Origin: Daphnia carinata
Taxonomy: Eukaryota
Assembly (NCBI RefSeq): GCF_022539665.2
Contig: NC_081332.1
Coordinates: 2,046,001-2,110,000, forward strand
DNA length: 64,000 nt
Direction of reading: 5' to 3'
Every line of letters begins with the position of its first letter. Position 1 is the stretch's first letter. Below the pieces are notes generated by a model. The model worked only from the letters and a program-made list of their open reading frames with translations, had not been told where the DNA came from and did no database searches. The translations under genes and the position numbers were made by a program. Positions 34,903 through 48,205 of the stretch are shown piece after piece.

Positions 34903-35257
34903 GGCGATTGGTGGCAAGCGATTGATGTAAAACAATTCCAAATTCGAGGGCGAAAAATGGCGCCTAGTTACATGCACACACATACACACCACACACACAC
35001 TTTTAGTGGGATATGTTGTCAGTCTCCTTGACTATTTTTTTGGATGTAACAGATCACACGATTTTTTTTTTTTTTCGAAGAGTTTTGAGGTGAAGAAGAT
35101 GAAAAAAAAAATCGGATGTCCACCCAACAAAAAACCTTGTACACTCGGCAGAGGTCTAGCGTCTTCTGAAAGCTTTTTGGCCTTACACACGCCGTTACTA
35201 CGACGGTACGACGCATTTACTACGATGGACCTCCCGCTCATGGCGTTGAAAGCACTC

Positions 35258-35353
35258 GACCAATCAGATGGCAGCTTCGTGCGCGCCAATAGCAATTCGG
35301 CTTTAATGGCGCTTCAGGTTCTTTTTTCGAGCGCGTTCCCTTACATATCGATA
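35258..35353 (-). promoter_or_regulatory. Putative proximal promoter of dacapo-like 1
   Basis: CCAAT at 35260 and 35286, E2F-like TTGGCGCGC (minus, 35281-35289), DRE TATCGATA at 35346-35353, all ~350-450 bp upstream of the ATG. Motif match only. Confidence 0.5.
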
Positions 35354-38300
35354 TATGTATAATGAAGTGTACTACACGGCATTGAACTCGAAAAATCTGA
35401 AAACATTTTTATTTGCTTAATCTGATCACCGTAGATTTTGACCACGTACAACTGAATTTCTTCTGCAGCAAACATTTTCATTTGGTACCTCAAAAAATGA
35501 CCAAGAATTCTATTAGGGATAACTTGGATTCGTTTCCAATTGACGAACGTTTGAGTCTGAGTTTAGTTGGGCCAGAAAAAAAAATATAGGCATATATTTT
35601 GCTTTTTTGAAAAGTGTGGGGCCCTAGAGCTAAAGCGCGTATTCTTTTCGACCTTGAAGCTCTGCATCAACTCCACCCTCCGCCATGCTTCTATTTTAGT
35701 AACGCCATCTGTCGGCGGCAAATAACACTTCGACACACTACAGAAACCATTTCGAACTCGTTAGTATCGTAAGAGGGCAGTTCAATTTGGCGCCTTACAT
35801 AACAATCTATGACGTCAAAAATTTCCAACGATTGCAGTTCTGATCCCGTTCATGACTGGTAAATTCAACTGAATTCAAAATTAATGCAGCGCCGGCAGAA
35901 AAAAGAAGAAGATGAACGTGGTACGTTGATAATGAAACATGGGAAACGAACCAACGAGTGAACAAGGATAACTGATGAGGTAAAAGATAACAAAATAAGG
36001 CTGTTCAAATATAAGCGAGTGGGAGTCTGTCTGTCTGTGTTCTGATCGGTCAGTCGAGTGTCAAGTTTGGGGGGAAACAAATGGTTTCTTTTATGTTTTT
36101 TAAGGGGGATAATGGAAAGGGGGGGCATATACAAAACATTAAGACAGTGGGTACCCCAAAAAAGGGTATACATATATACAATAGAGTTTTTCAGAAAATA
36201 AAAAAAAAAACCCCTTCTTCTGTTTTATTCTCTTTCTCCTTTTCTTTTTTGTTTAAAAAAAAAAAAAGAGGGTTGGAGGAACGGCTGGGCGATGATTTGG
36301 AAACCTCCCTCCATCGCGTCCATCTCGGAAAGCTTCTCTCCGTCTAGACGGAATCGGAATGAGTTAAGAGACTTCAAACCAAAAAGGTCCTATGCACACG
36401 CACACACACAAATACACACTCGACATCCATCCAAGACATACGTACAAAAAAAAAAGAACCCAATATAACCTTACGACCTCGTGTTGTAAAATTCAAATTT
36501 CTAATGAACGTTGTCTGTTTTAGACACGATGGCTTTTCCTTAACAAAAAAAAAAAATGAATAGCTATAGACATAAACAAAAGAGAAATGAAATGAAATTT
36601 TCCCTTTAAAAAATGCCTTTTTATACATTGCGTGTTTATGTACAATGGTTTTTTTTTATCCCGTTGTTCCAGGCATTTTTTTTTTTGTTTTCAGATTCTA
36701 TATATGGTTAGAAGAAATACGAGAGATTGGAGGCTGTGCGATGTAAAACGATCTCGATAAGGAAAATAGAAAAGAAAAAAAAATGGAGAAATGATTTTAT
36801 CTGATAACTGTTTAGAACGCGGAGATGAATCTTGCAGATATGGCAACTGCGTATAGGTGATGAAGAGGAATAACACATAGAACAGATGCAAGGAGGATCG
36901 TGTGTGCGGGATGCTGCTGGTAGTTTTCAAATTTTATCCTCCATCCATCATTGGATCGTTTCCTGTTCTTCATCCGGCCCTTGTGTCAACTGGGCTCGAC
37001 CCAGTGTTGAGAAAGGAGGGCAACAAAAACATCCGGGAGGTGTCCGCAAGGATCAACTTACCCTCATGTCGCAGCGCGTGTTCAGACTCCGCAAATAGAA
37101 CATCGACAATTGTTTTTCTCTGACACAAAAAAAAAACAACACACAGACGTTGAAAATAATAAAAAAAAGGACATCTCTGCTAAAAGAAAAAATCCGCACC
37201 CGCTGTTTTATGAGCCGGAATTAGAAGCGGGCGCGAGCCGTTACTTCCGTATCGACCAGCTGACCGCATCTGTGACGATGATTATCGCTTCGGTTCCAGT
37301 CCCTTTCTTATTTTTTATACATTCGTGTGAATTGTATCAGATTTTTTTTTACCTATCTCTCCACTAAGGTTAAATGATCTAATCTTTCTTTTTTTGTTTT
37401 TTTCCCATCTATTTTTTTTTTTATGCGTGCGAGAGCCCCAAACGAAATGGCGCCTATACTTAGTAGGGGGTCGGAGCTTTTAAATCGGCCCCCTCTGACA
37501 CGAAGGGTTGTAAAAAAAAATCTTTTGGGCTGGCTGCTGCCAACCCGAAAATAATCAATAAATAATGTGTTATTTATTCAAGTATTTTTTCTCCCTTTCA
37601 AAATTCTCATCTTCTCCCCCCCCCCCCCCAACTCTTTTCTGTTCAGAGCCTGTGATGCAATTGGCATTTCTAATGACATCACATAGTACTCATTTCTACT
37701 GGTACAAATGGTAACGCACATCTGTACTAGTAATGACGTATCTTATGAATAAACGCGAGCACGTCCCACTTCGTTAAGTGACGGTAACGTACCCACCGGT
37801 TAGGATGTGTTGTAATCACACACACACACACACAGAGAAACGAGAAAAACGGTACATTTTCGTTGAATATTCATCGACATTAGCAGATCGGTATTATATT
37901 TAAAAAAAAAAAGAATATATGTATACGTACACAATCTAATGACATGAATCGAGAATGAACCTTCATTACGAACCGGGCTATTATTGCATTTAGGGGGCCA
38001 GTCTTAACATCTAAAGAACATTTGAAAAGAAACGTTTTGGCGTGATAGACTAGCGCACTCAAGACTTTGACTGCCGCAATCTTATTCGCGTGTTCTTCGG
38101 GGAGAAACACCCATTTTTGAAAGTGATTTTTAAGCCATCTTGTGCAAGAACTAATAGATAAAAAGAAAAAAAAAAAAACTTAAACCAATACCCTTCCATT
38201 AGCTGCATCCAATCTTGTTGTAAAGCGCCAAAGAGGAAGTCCCCCCTTTTAAAAATAAAAACAAATGCCGATTGAAAAAGAGAACCGAAAAAGATTACAA

Positions 38301-41300
38301 TCACGATGTGCGGACTCGGTGAACAATGAAACTTTGATTTTACGACGAGACAAGAGCTCTTTCTCTTTCGTTGATGGCCCCTCTTTCTGTGTGTGTTGTT
38401 GTACACAAAAACCACAAAAGCCTTATTAACTCGAGGACAAAAGAGTCTTTAAAAAACAAAATCTATTTTTCTTTTAAAGGAATGTCTTGTCTGCCACAGG
38501 TGAGAGACATGTCTATACAAGATGTTGAAAAAATAAATGTTAAAAAAAAAAAATCCCATCGACTTGTCAAAACAGAATTTGAACGTCTACAAGATTCCCT
38601 CAAAGATAATATCACCTACATTAATCGCATCAAGCATATATTTTTTTTGGCAAAAATTTAGTAATGTAAATAATAGGCTTTTGCTTACATCATTGCTCAC
38701 GAGAGATTATTCCAAATCCCAAAAAAAAAAAAAATTCAGTTGAAAGGCAACGCCCAAATAGCTCCCCCCCCCTTACTCCTTGAAAGTGTGAGACTTCCAT
38801 GATAGAGCGTTGCTTTTTCTTTTCAATTGAGATGGATTTGATTGATCCCGCGTTTTCATCATCCTTGTATATACACACACGCAGTGTAAAACTTGTGCTC
38901 AAGTGGATTTTTTTTGTTCTTTTAAGCCAAACGCATTTCAAACTGAGCGGCAGGTCACCTGCTGACATGGACGATGGGGGTGTTCCTTCGGTCGTGCGCC
39001 ATCTTAAGTCTTTTTTTCAATCTGATGCTGTTTTTCGTGGCCCCCTTTTTTTTTGTGGTCCTCCGGAATTCGAAGATATGATGGATGGCTTTGTATGTGT
39101 ATACCTCCGGTGGAGTGCAGCTTCTCTCTTTATTTTTTTTTTTTAGCTAAAATGGTTTTTAGCGGCCGAAGAGAGAGAAGGGGGATCTATCTGTTTAGCA
39201 ATTTTGCAATAATATGCGTTGGAATGCATGGACCCCTTTGTTGTTATTGTACACCCTTAAAGGTTTTTTTGCCGTTCGGTTCAATAACCTGAATGATTAA
39301 TACCTGCATAATAACAACGTTTTTCTTTTAACCTTTACACAAAAATTGTATATGATTTTTGTGTTTTTTTTGCAACGTTTCATTATGGCTTGTTTCCATA
39401 TGCGAAAAAGCAAAAGAAAGATTATCATAATCCTATTGTTCTAACCGAGTTTGGGTATACTAATAAATGAAAAAAAAAAAGTGAATGGGTGGGCTGTAAA
39501 ATGGAAACAAAAAAATTGTTGGTTGTACAGCATCTCTTTTTTTTTTTTCCTTTTTACGACCACCTAAACGCAAATTTCCATTTTGATGTTATTGCATTCG
39601 CCTTTCTTGCATAATAAATTCAGCCAACTACGTAGTGTAGACTATTATAGCGACATCAACATACCACAGCTTCTCTCTCTTTCTTTGGTTAAATGGGAAT
39701 GCCAGCCGTCCTCTCAAAATGTCCCGTACTCGACACAACAACAACGAAAGAAATCAGCAACGAATGTTCAAAGTTAACGAGATTGGGCAGCAGGGGCGTT
39801 TTCCCCATTTTTTTTTTTTCGAGAGCCCCCGCACATGTTCAGGGGAGTCATTTACTCAGCAACACTTGAAATGATGATGTTACACTCCGTCCTCAAGGGC
39901 TACACTCTTTTAAAATGCTGTGCCAAAATATCTTTGTAAAGATAAATTTTTAGATGAAGCGATTTCTAACCCCGGCCCTATTTAAAAATGCACTTTAACA
40001 AAACATTTTTTAACGCTATCAATGGCAAACAAGCGATTTCGTTCGTATTTTCCCAGGCCCCGATAGAGTATATCCTTACCATGTAATCAAGTCAAAATTC
40101 TTAGTTATTTGATTGTTTAAAAAAAATTGGCCTTCCCTCCCACAGTTTGGAAATAACAAAAAATGAGGATGTGCAGTTCTTATTTTTTGCGCTATTGGTT
40201 TCTAGAGGAAATTCTCTAAATGTCAATACATTAAGCCGAGCACAGTCTGATGGATTGGGGCGAGCACCAACGGAGCTGAAGCGCGGTGAGTGATCTCACC
40301 TCTCAGGTGCGATTATAGGGCCCACAAGTCTTCCTCTTCTTGCAGTGTGGGTGTGTGGGGGGCTTGTGGTGCATACACCACGGGTAATAGGTCATAGTTC
40401 ACCTTTCTTTCACCTGGGAATTTCAGTTCGACTTTTCCCACACACTTTATTTTCGATACAACTTGTATCCCGCCCTTGGATGGTTCGCGTGTTTATCCAA
40501 TCTATAAACACGCAGCGCACGTCCCTTATAGATGCCAGACATAAAGAAGGTCGAATCAATTAGCCTTCAAAACAGGAATAGGATATATTGTATTGTACCG
40601 TGTATAACACGAGTTATTAATCGATGTTTCAAAAGCCGTCCTTTTTTTTTTTCTTTCTTATGTTAGACGTCGATTTCATGTCGGACGGATGTTCCAGCGG
40701 ATCAATTGAGTGTAGAAACATGTTTTATGACTTCTTTAACGGCTTTTTGCGCGTGGAAAGATATATATATACCTGGGGTAATCAAGACTGAAAAATACCG
40801 CATCCGTAGCCAATAGGCTTATGTATTTATCTTTAATGACTGTAACATCGTAATGGAGCTCGAGAGAGCTTGTCCGACAAACCCTCTCTAGTCGTTTCAT
40901 TTCTCATTTTTTCCCACCATCAACTCGGATCGAATCGAGAGTGACGATGCCTTCTAGCTAATTTGCATGTGAATGGCGTGACGGCTGATTCGGTCGACTC
41001 TCAATTAAATTGAGAAAAACGATTCATAGAAGCAACGGGGCAAAAAAAAAAAAGCGTTAGAGGGGGACTACATTCTCTTTTTATTCACGTATTCTTTGTG
41101 AATGCCATCATTTATAGACCACACGTGAAGATCCTCGCAAAAAAAAAAAGTGAATTGAAATAAATAGACGCATATGAAATCGACAATCAAAAATGGATGG
41201 AGATTTAAACAACAGAGAGAGACGAAGAATTTGAAGCTTGGCCGAATCAAAATAGCAATGTGACATTTCGTTTTCAAAGGGGCGGTGTGACACCTGTATG

Positions 41301-44300
41301 ACATTTCGCTGGTGATCGATCAGTAATGCGATATCTAGTCTGCCAATCGATCATTCCCCTTAAAGCCAAAAGAAAAGTCAACCGTGGGAAGAGAATGATT
41401 TATACGTGAAAAAAAACTATACGAAATGCCAAGCGTGTAGAAATATATAGAAGTGAAATATCATAGAGCATGTCACCAAGCGAAACAAATTCCCGAACTA
41501 TTTCTCCAATGATTTCCTTTTTCTTTGGGAGCGGGGGAAGGACAACTCCGTGCCGGTATCACGGAATTTCATCGTGGCCACGATCTTGCCCCCTCCGATT
41601 TCCCTATCGGCCGTTTTTTGCCGAAGACGGCAACAAACAATGAGAAAAGCCAAACGCCAAAATAGAATAGAAACAAGAAAATAGCAACCTGCTGACTTTG
41701 CGCGATGGTGAGCCAACCGATAGAGACAATCGATTTTTATCGCATCCTCCCCCCAAACAAAAAAAAAAAAAAATCACGATTTATGGTCCGCCGCGTGCGT
41801 TTCTTCCTTACCCATCCTATCGTTTTTCTTTCACGATGCCTCTCGCTTGTTCAGACACGCCAGATATTCGAAACTTCTTCTTGCAAACACAGACTCGTAT
41901 AGTCATTCGATAACAAATCTGGAAAGAAGAAGAAGAAGATTGCATTCGAATGATGTGAACGAGTGAGTGTTAACGCAGTAGCTTTACGAAATGCGCTACA
42001 CATTTTTGGAACAGAAAAAGAGCTTTTTTTTTTTCAAGGACCTATATCAAACAAGTTTATAAAAAAGAAAAAACCTTAATTTATCCTTGAATGTCGGGCA
42101 CACGTGTATTGCATCAATTTCTCCCAATGATTCATTCGAACTGTGCCCTTTTGTTTTTGTTTACCTTATTCGTTTACGTAGTACATCAATTCAAGTAAGA
42201 GGGGGGGGGGAGTTAGTTTGTATGTATATATATATAAATAGCAGTTTATTATTCACGGCTATAACCCCCTTTTTAAGACGATAGCCAACTTGTTTTTAAC
42301 TGATAGTCACCTCATTTATAAAGAAGTTTGTGAGCCATCGTCGCGATTGTTCGTTCAACTCACCTGTTAGAAACCGAACAGGTGTTTGAAATCGATGGAA
42401 ACACGATGTTGTCGATTTGACCCTTTGAATAAATCAAGATTTCTTCTCCCTTTTTTTTTTTTTTTCCCTTCAAACTATTGCAAAAGTGTTTTTCGATCTT
42501 GCTCAATAGCGTCCATCGCGGTGGGAAAAACATGTTGCAATTTACAGTGCCTTTTAAAGCTCTGCCACTACGCACATATCAGAAAACGCATTTCAAAAGA
42601 AATGAAAAAAAATTTGCAATTTAGGCCTTTCTCTCTATCTCTACCCAACCACAAAAAAATGTTGGCAAGCACGTCAAAACCGGAAAGAAGTGATCTCATC
42701 AGCAACAGTATAACATAGTCCTGGAAGCGGCAGACAGATCGGAGATGCAAAGTGGCATGTGAATAATAAAAAGCCCGAAAAAGAAAAAGAGATAACCTTC
42801 GCTTTATGAACCAAAACTTGAATGGACAGCAACTAGCCGAGGCCATATACCTCCGGAAAAGAATGTTTTTGAATATCTGCCAAAAAAAATAAAAGGTGCA
42901 GCAACACGAGGAGGGGGGGGGGGAGAGAGAGTCTTGTTGCTGAGGTACGCAGAATTTGCAAATCAAATGGCTTTAAAAGGACCGGAGCGTCCCAGTCCTA
43001 TGGGAACTTTTTGCGCTCAACGAAAACAACTCGCAAGTGAGTGTCTATCTAGTCAGGTTTTTTTTTTTTTTTGTAAGTGTATACATGCACATATACACAC
43101 CCAATCCGTGTTAAAAAAAAAAAAAGAAAGAAGTGAGTTCCATTGACACAACAACAAGAAAGAAAAAAGCCATTTTCCCCAATCGTTTTGAAAAGATTTG
43201 CAATTGTAATGCCGACGTGAACATATAAGGGCGTACAAGAAAAAAATTGGCAAATTCCTTGGGCGCAATCGATCCATCTTTTCTCGTTTCCTCCAGCACA
43301 GGATATCTCTCTATAATATCAACATTTTTTTTATTTATTCTTTTTTTCTTATAAGACTCTATGCGATGTGGGGCTCGACTGGCAAAGTGATGCATCGGCA
43401 GCTATTAACTTCTTTGGCTTTTTATTATTATGATTATTTTTGCAGGTGTCTACTTTGGGGCTTTGGAGAAAAATAAAAGCGGGATACGTTATTCAGCTGG
43501 CCTTTTTCTTTTTTGCATAACATTAGCTAATATGAAAGAGCTATAACCAATCAGCGTGTCGACTCTATTAGCAGACGAAAACATTTCTTTGAACGTCTTT
43601 ATATTTTTTTTTGTAATAGATAAACAGATGTCTGTTTGATTGTTAAGAAGAAAAAGCATCGATTAAATCAGATACAATAAAAAAAATTGTGAAGCGTGCC
43701 TCGTGTAATTTGCGCAGTAACGCATCGATGCGGGTCTTCGAGAATCACAATCCCGCAATCTTTTGTCATCTGTCGTACGAGTTTCCAATTTCGAAGAGGG
43801 GGAGAAGGACAAAACAGGAAGTCGATCGGCATTAAAACCGTTTTCTTTTCCGATAGTTTAAAGGGAGAAGAAGGAAATGAGTCGGTAATACAAGACGTTT
43901 CGGCAGTGCCAAACAACAGACGTTTAGCATATGTACAGCATACGTGACGGGTCATCCAAACAACACACTTTGTGTGTGTGTGTGTGTATACACAATATAC
44001 AGCTAAAAAAAAGAAGGAAGGGGCTGTGTGCGGGCATCTGATAACCTATCCCATTAAGCTGCTGCTTCCTTCCAGTTTATTGAGTTTGGTGAAGAAGCCA
44101 AACAAGATCTGATAATCATCCCCTCTTCATTTTTTTTTTTTTGCGTTAAAAAAAAAAAAAGGGGGAGAACGTTATAACAAGACTCGTGATGATGATGATT
44201 AAACGGCTGGGTTTGTTTTGATATTAAAATATCGATACCATCAAGCTGGGTGATTTGTATACACATTTGAAATCATTCTCTGTGTGTGTGTGTGTATGTC

Positions 44301-46613
44301 TATTATCTTGAAATGCGACAGGAATGCGTGAAGGTGTACACAACGGATGAATAAGGACGAGTTCTTTTCTAGTGGTTTAAGGTGTCAACTTTCTTGGGAT
44401 GGAAAATAATAAAAAATTTGTGGTGGAGACTAGAGGAAAAAAGAAATGTTTTGTGATTGGCCAACAGACATTTGAAAAAGTGGGGAGGGAGGAAAAATAT
44501 AAAAAAAATAATACTAAAACTTTCAGGTATATATTCAATGACCTCTGACACGCTACACACGCTGACACACCCAGGTAAGAAGATTTTCATGAAAAACAAA
44601 ATTTGTCTTTTGAAAAAAAAAATAAAAATAAAAATGTTATTTTAAAATTTCGAATCGATGTGGACGCGCGTGTTGTCAAAGGTTAAGAATCTCACCCCTA
44701 CCAAAGGGGGTTCGAAGAAGGGGGGGATTTATGGTAAGGCTTTTTTTTTCTTTCCAGCACCAGGGTGGGCATTTGCATAATCAAGGTCAAGGTTCCCCAA
44801 CAGCATCCTCCCTCCGATTCAATGCGACAGTCAGGAAAAAAAAAAAAAAAAAAAAACTCTCGATCATCTCCCCCCCCCCCCCCCTTCTCTAGACACTCGT
44901 GTTTAGTGTCACGCCACGCAGTGAAAGTTTAACGAACTTTTTAATCCGGAAATAGAAGTCCAAAGATTCGGGAAACCCGTATCGTAATTTTTTTCGTTAT
45001 CATTTCCACATTTAAAAAGAAAAAAACCGTTGGGCCTTGTCTTCTATTTTGCATCGTCATGTTTGTACATCCTCCAGCGAAAGTGAACACAAACGTTCGG
45101 GTGGGGAGGGGGGGGGGGACAGATGGAACTAAGGGCATTTCATCTTTACGCTTTAATTTGAGTCTGAAAGAAAGATCAACGAACCAGTGATTCAAACCTA
45201 CATTGTTTTGTTTTTTCAAATACAATAGATGCGTGAGGGGCAAACGTTACAGTGTCGTCAGTCAGTCTGAAAAATAGGTCGACCAGCGATGGACCAGACA
45301 GTAGCAGACGACGAAACAAAGAGGTCTGGTGTGCGACCGTGACGATCGTTGAACTGCATCCTCGTAATTATTCACGGATGTTTGTCCTTACACCGTCCAG
45401 GGGTAGAGAGGGGAGGGGGTATGTGATAATGAGCCAAAGATTAATCCGATTCAATAGGACTCTTTATCACCTGCACATTTTGTTCACAAACTGCTGTTCG
45501 TATTGTCTTTATCACCGTATCTATGCCATTCAAAAATAGACGCTCACGTTTGTTAACCCAGTTATTATTTAAGTGATGAGTCAACATGCCCTTACCGTAA
45601 AAGGACATAACATTTTTTTTAAAAACTAGCCTTAGTCAATTGCATTGTAACATTTAACATACAAAAAAAAATATGTTTGATGATGCAAAAGTAGACGAGC
45701 CTAAAATGGGCATGGCGGTGCTCACAGTAGGGCGTGCGTACTGGCCAAATTCCAAGCAGCCATATGCCAACACCCAGTCAAATTAGACCCCAAAAAAACC
45801 AAAAATTGGAATTAAATACAAAAGAAAAACAAATTACAATTGCTAGTTTTATTAATTTTCCATTTAAGACGGGCTTCATAAATACATCAACGACGAAATT
45901 TGAGACGAAAAAAAAAAAAAAGAAATAGGGGATCTGGTTGTGTTCTTAAATACATTATCATATATATTATGTATATAAGAAGATAGAAGGTCTCTATAAA
46001 AATTATTTTTTGAATATAGAGAACTATGTGGGGTAAGAACGGGACTTTAGGATTTTTTTTTTGAGAGGCCAAGGAATTAAAAATAATAATACGCCTTACA
46101 CACTGGGACACACACACACACACACAATATTGCATTTGCCGATGGATGACATTTTTGATTGCAATTGCCGATCAAATTCCTATTTTTTTCTTTAAAGATT
46201 CGGTTTTTGAGATCATTCACACGGAAAATGCAGACGCGCCAAAAAAATTAAAGTAGGGACCGAGGGGAAATTAAAAGTTAAAAAAAAAAAAAAAGATAAG
46301 AAAATCAATGATTGCCCCGAAATAGATAAAGGGCAAAGACTAGAGTGCAATACGTCATTGCGACGCTTTTAAAATGTGAAAGAAGTGCAGGATTGCGAAG
46401 AAAATTTGATGGAAGTTAAAAAGAGTGACAGCGTTCAATAGCAAGTGTCATTCTTAAAGCTACTTTTCAGCCAACAAGAGTTGCTGGAACAAAGCGAATC
46501 CAGTGTGTCTACATCGTTGATTGCAACCCTCCCAATGCATTATGGAAACGGTTCTTCTCCACCGCTGATCCCATTTTTCATTTCAAGCGAGGAAAAGATT
46601 TGCAAACGAACTT

Positions 46614-47892
46614 TTAGTGGCTCAGTTCGTTGCTGGAAGACGGCAGTGATCCAGCATCGCGGCGTTTCGAATCGTTAAGCTTTTGATTCTTCATGAAATC
46701 TGTAATTGGCAAAAAAGATAAGAACATGAGTCACATGTACAACGTTTTAAAAGGCCTTATCAGTTACAAACAAATTTGACCTAAAGCAACGTTCGAACAA
46801 CTCCACCCTTCAAAACTGGGGGGAAATTTTCCCTTTAACAGCAGATAACGCGAGATGACATCATGCAATCGGTGATGTCACGAGGAGGGCAAAGACTTTT
46901 GGCCAAAGATATGAACAAGCAAACAAACACACAGACACGCCACTAAATGCGTGACGCATCTTGAGCCGGCGTCGAACCATTTAAGGGCCTTCTATTTCTT
47001 TGGTGTTTCAAGTGATTTTTGTTTTGCCAGACACGAAGATGGGAATTATTTTTTTTTAAGTTGATTGACTTTTTGGAGAGAGAGAGAGAGAGAAAAAAAG
47101 CGTGCGGTGTGGATCGGATCGTATTTCAAACCACTCGAGGACACACACACAAATAATTTTATTTTTTTCGTTTAATGCTGAAAAAAGAAAAGGAATAAGC
47201 GAGGGTCGCACTTTTTTTTGAATATTTTCTACTGCCAACCCCCTTCTGTCTGAAAAGGGCTAGACACGACCCCGGTGACCTGCTGGCTTTTTTTCCCTAA
47301 CAGACGCCAGCCATCTTTGCCCATACTCCACCCCCTTCTCACAAGGACGCTATAAAACACACGCGAGTTTCTAAATTTAACCGTTGGGAGGCAACCGAAA
47401 ACCACCAAGGGCATTGCGATTAAAAACCAAATGTAATTTATTTTTACCTGTGATTTTCGTCTGGTTGACGGAGCGATGATTGTTGTTGATGGAATCGTAA
47501 ACGTTGTGCGAATCGGTCTTCATCTGTTTGTAGAGAGGAGCAGCAGAATCGACTTGATTATCGATCGGGCGTTTGATACCCGCCGGGGGCGGTAGGGGGT
47601 GAGATGGACGATCTGGGAGCGTCATCGTCGTCGGCTGCCACACGTAACGTCCTCGCAGGGGCACGCCGTTCGCGAAATCAAAGTTCCACTGGCGCGTCTG
47701 CTCGCGTTGAATGTCGGCCAATTGTCGTTCAACTGTCAGCCGGTTGTCCAAATCTTGAGAGTCTTCTTCGCCATCTGAGACGAAGAGGCGGCGTCGTACA
47801 GGTGAGACTTGCCCACGCACGGCCATGTGTGATGAGGCAGAATGGCCACCAACGGCGGCATGGAATCCGTAAGGCATTTGAACAATAGGCAT
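46614..47892 (-). CDS. Cip/Kip cyclin-dependent kinase inhibitor, dacapo-like paralog 2 (~176 aa, 2 coding exons)
   Basis: Exon 1 47892-47448 (MPIVQ...; SPVRRRLF; WNFDFANGVPLRGRYVW; G|GTAAAA donor). Exon 2 46699-46614 after a TACAG acceptor. Splicing gives QTKITDFMKNQK...NELSH*. Confidence 0.88.
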
Positions 47893-48149
47893 TTTTCTTT
47901 TTGTTTTTTTGATTACGTAGAACAAAAATGGACGTCGGTTTCAAGAAATGCTCGAGCGAGAGGGGTGAAAACAACTGAGAACGATTTTTGAAAAATGGTA
48001 CTGGTAACAAAAAACTTAGAAGGAAGGCTTCCTTCTGGTAGCAACCAACACGACCAACCAAGTCCAACGTTCGCGAGCAACTGACGGTTGTAGAACCCAA
48101 ACCTCTTGGACAAGGGGGGAGAAGGAAAGGACCGTTGGAAAAAAGAAAT

Positions 48150-48205
48150 GCCCAATCAGTTCAAATCGGACGGTGGGCGGAGTTTCTCAGGCCAACCAAT
48201 CAGAT
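48150..48205 (-). promoter_or_regulatory. Putative proximal promoter of dacapo-like 2
   Basis: CCAATCAG at 48152 and 48196 flanking a GC box GGGCGG (48175-48180), ~260-310 bp upstream of the ATG. Motif match only. Confidence 0.45.

Noticed and set aside
34903..34998. N-terminal extension of the 200-aa ORF and its read-through past 34545 (likewise for ORF 47377-47925)
   Set aside because: The extension starts at a non-ATG codon in a CA repeat, and the read-through is intron. Spliced models restore the conserved PIP degron.
46208..46230. bantam miRNA gene (plus-strand TGAGATCATT)
   Set aside because: The match stops after 10 nt and there is no precursor hairpin; it is better read as a target site on the minus-strand mRNA.
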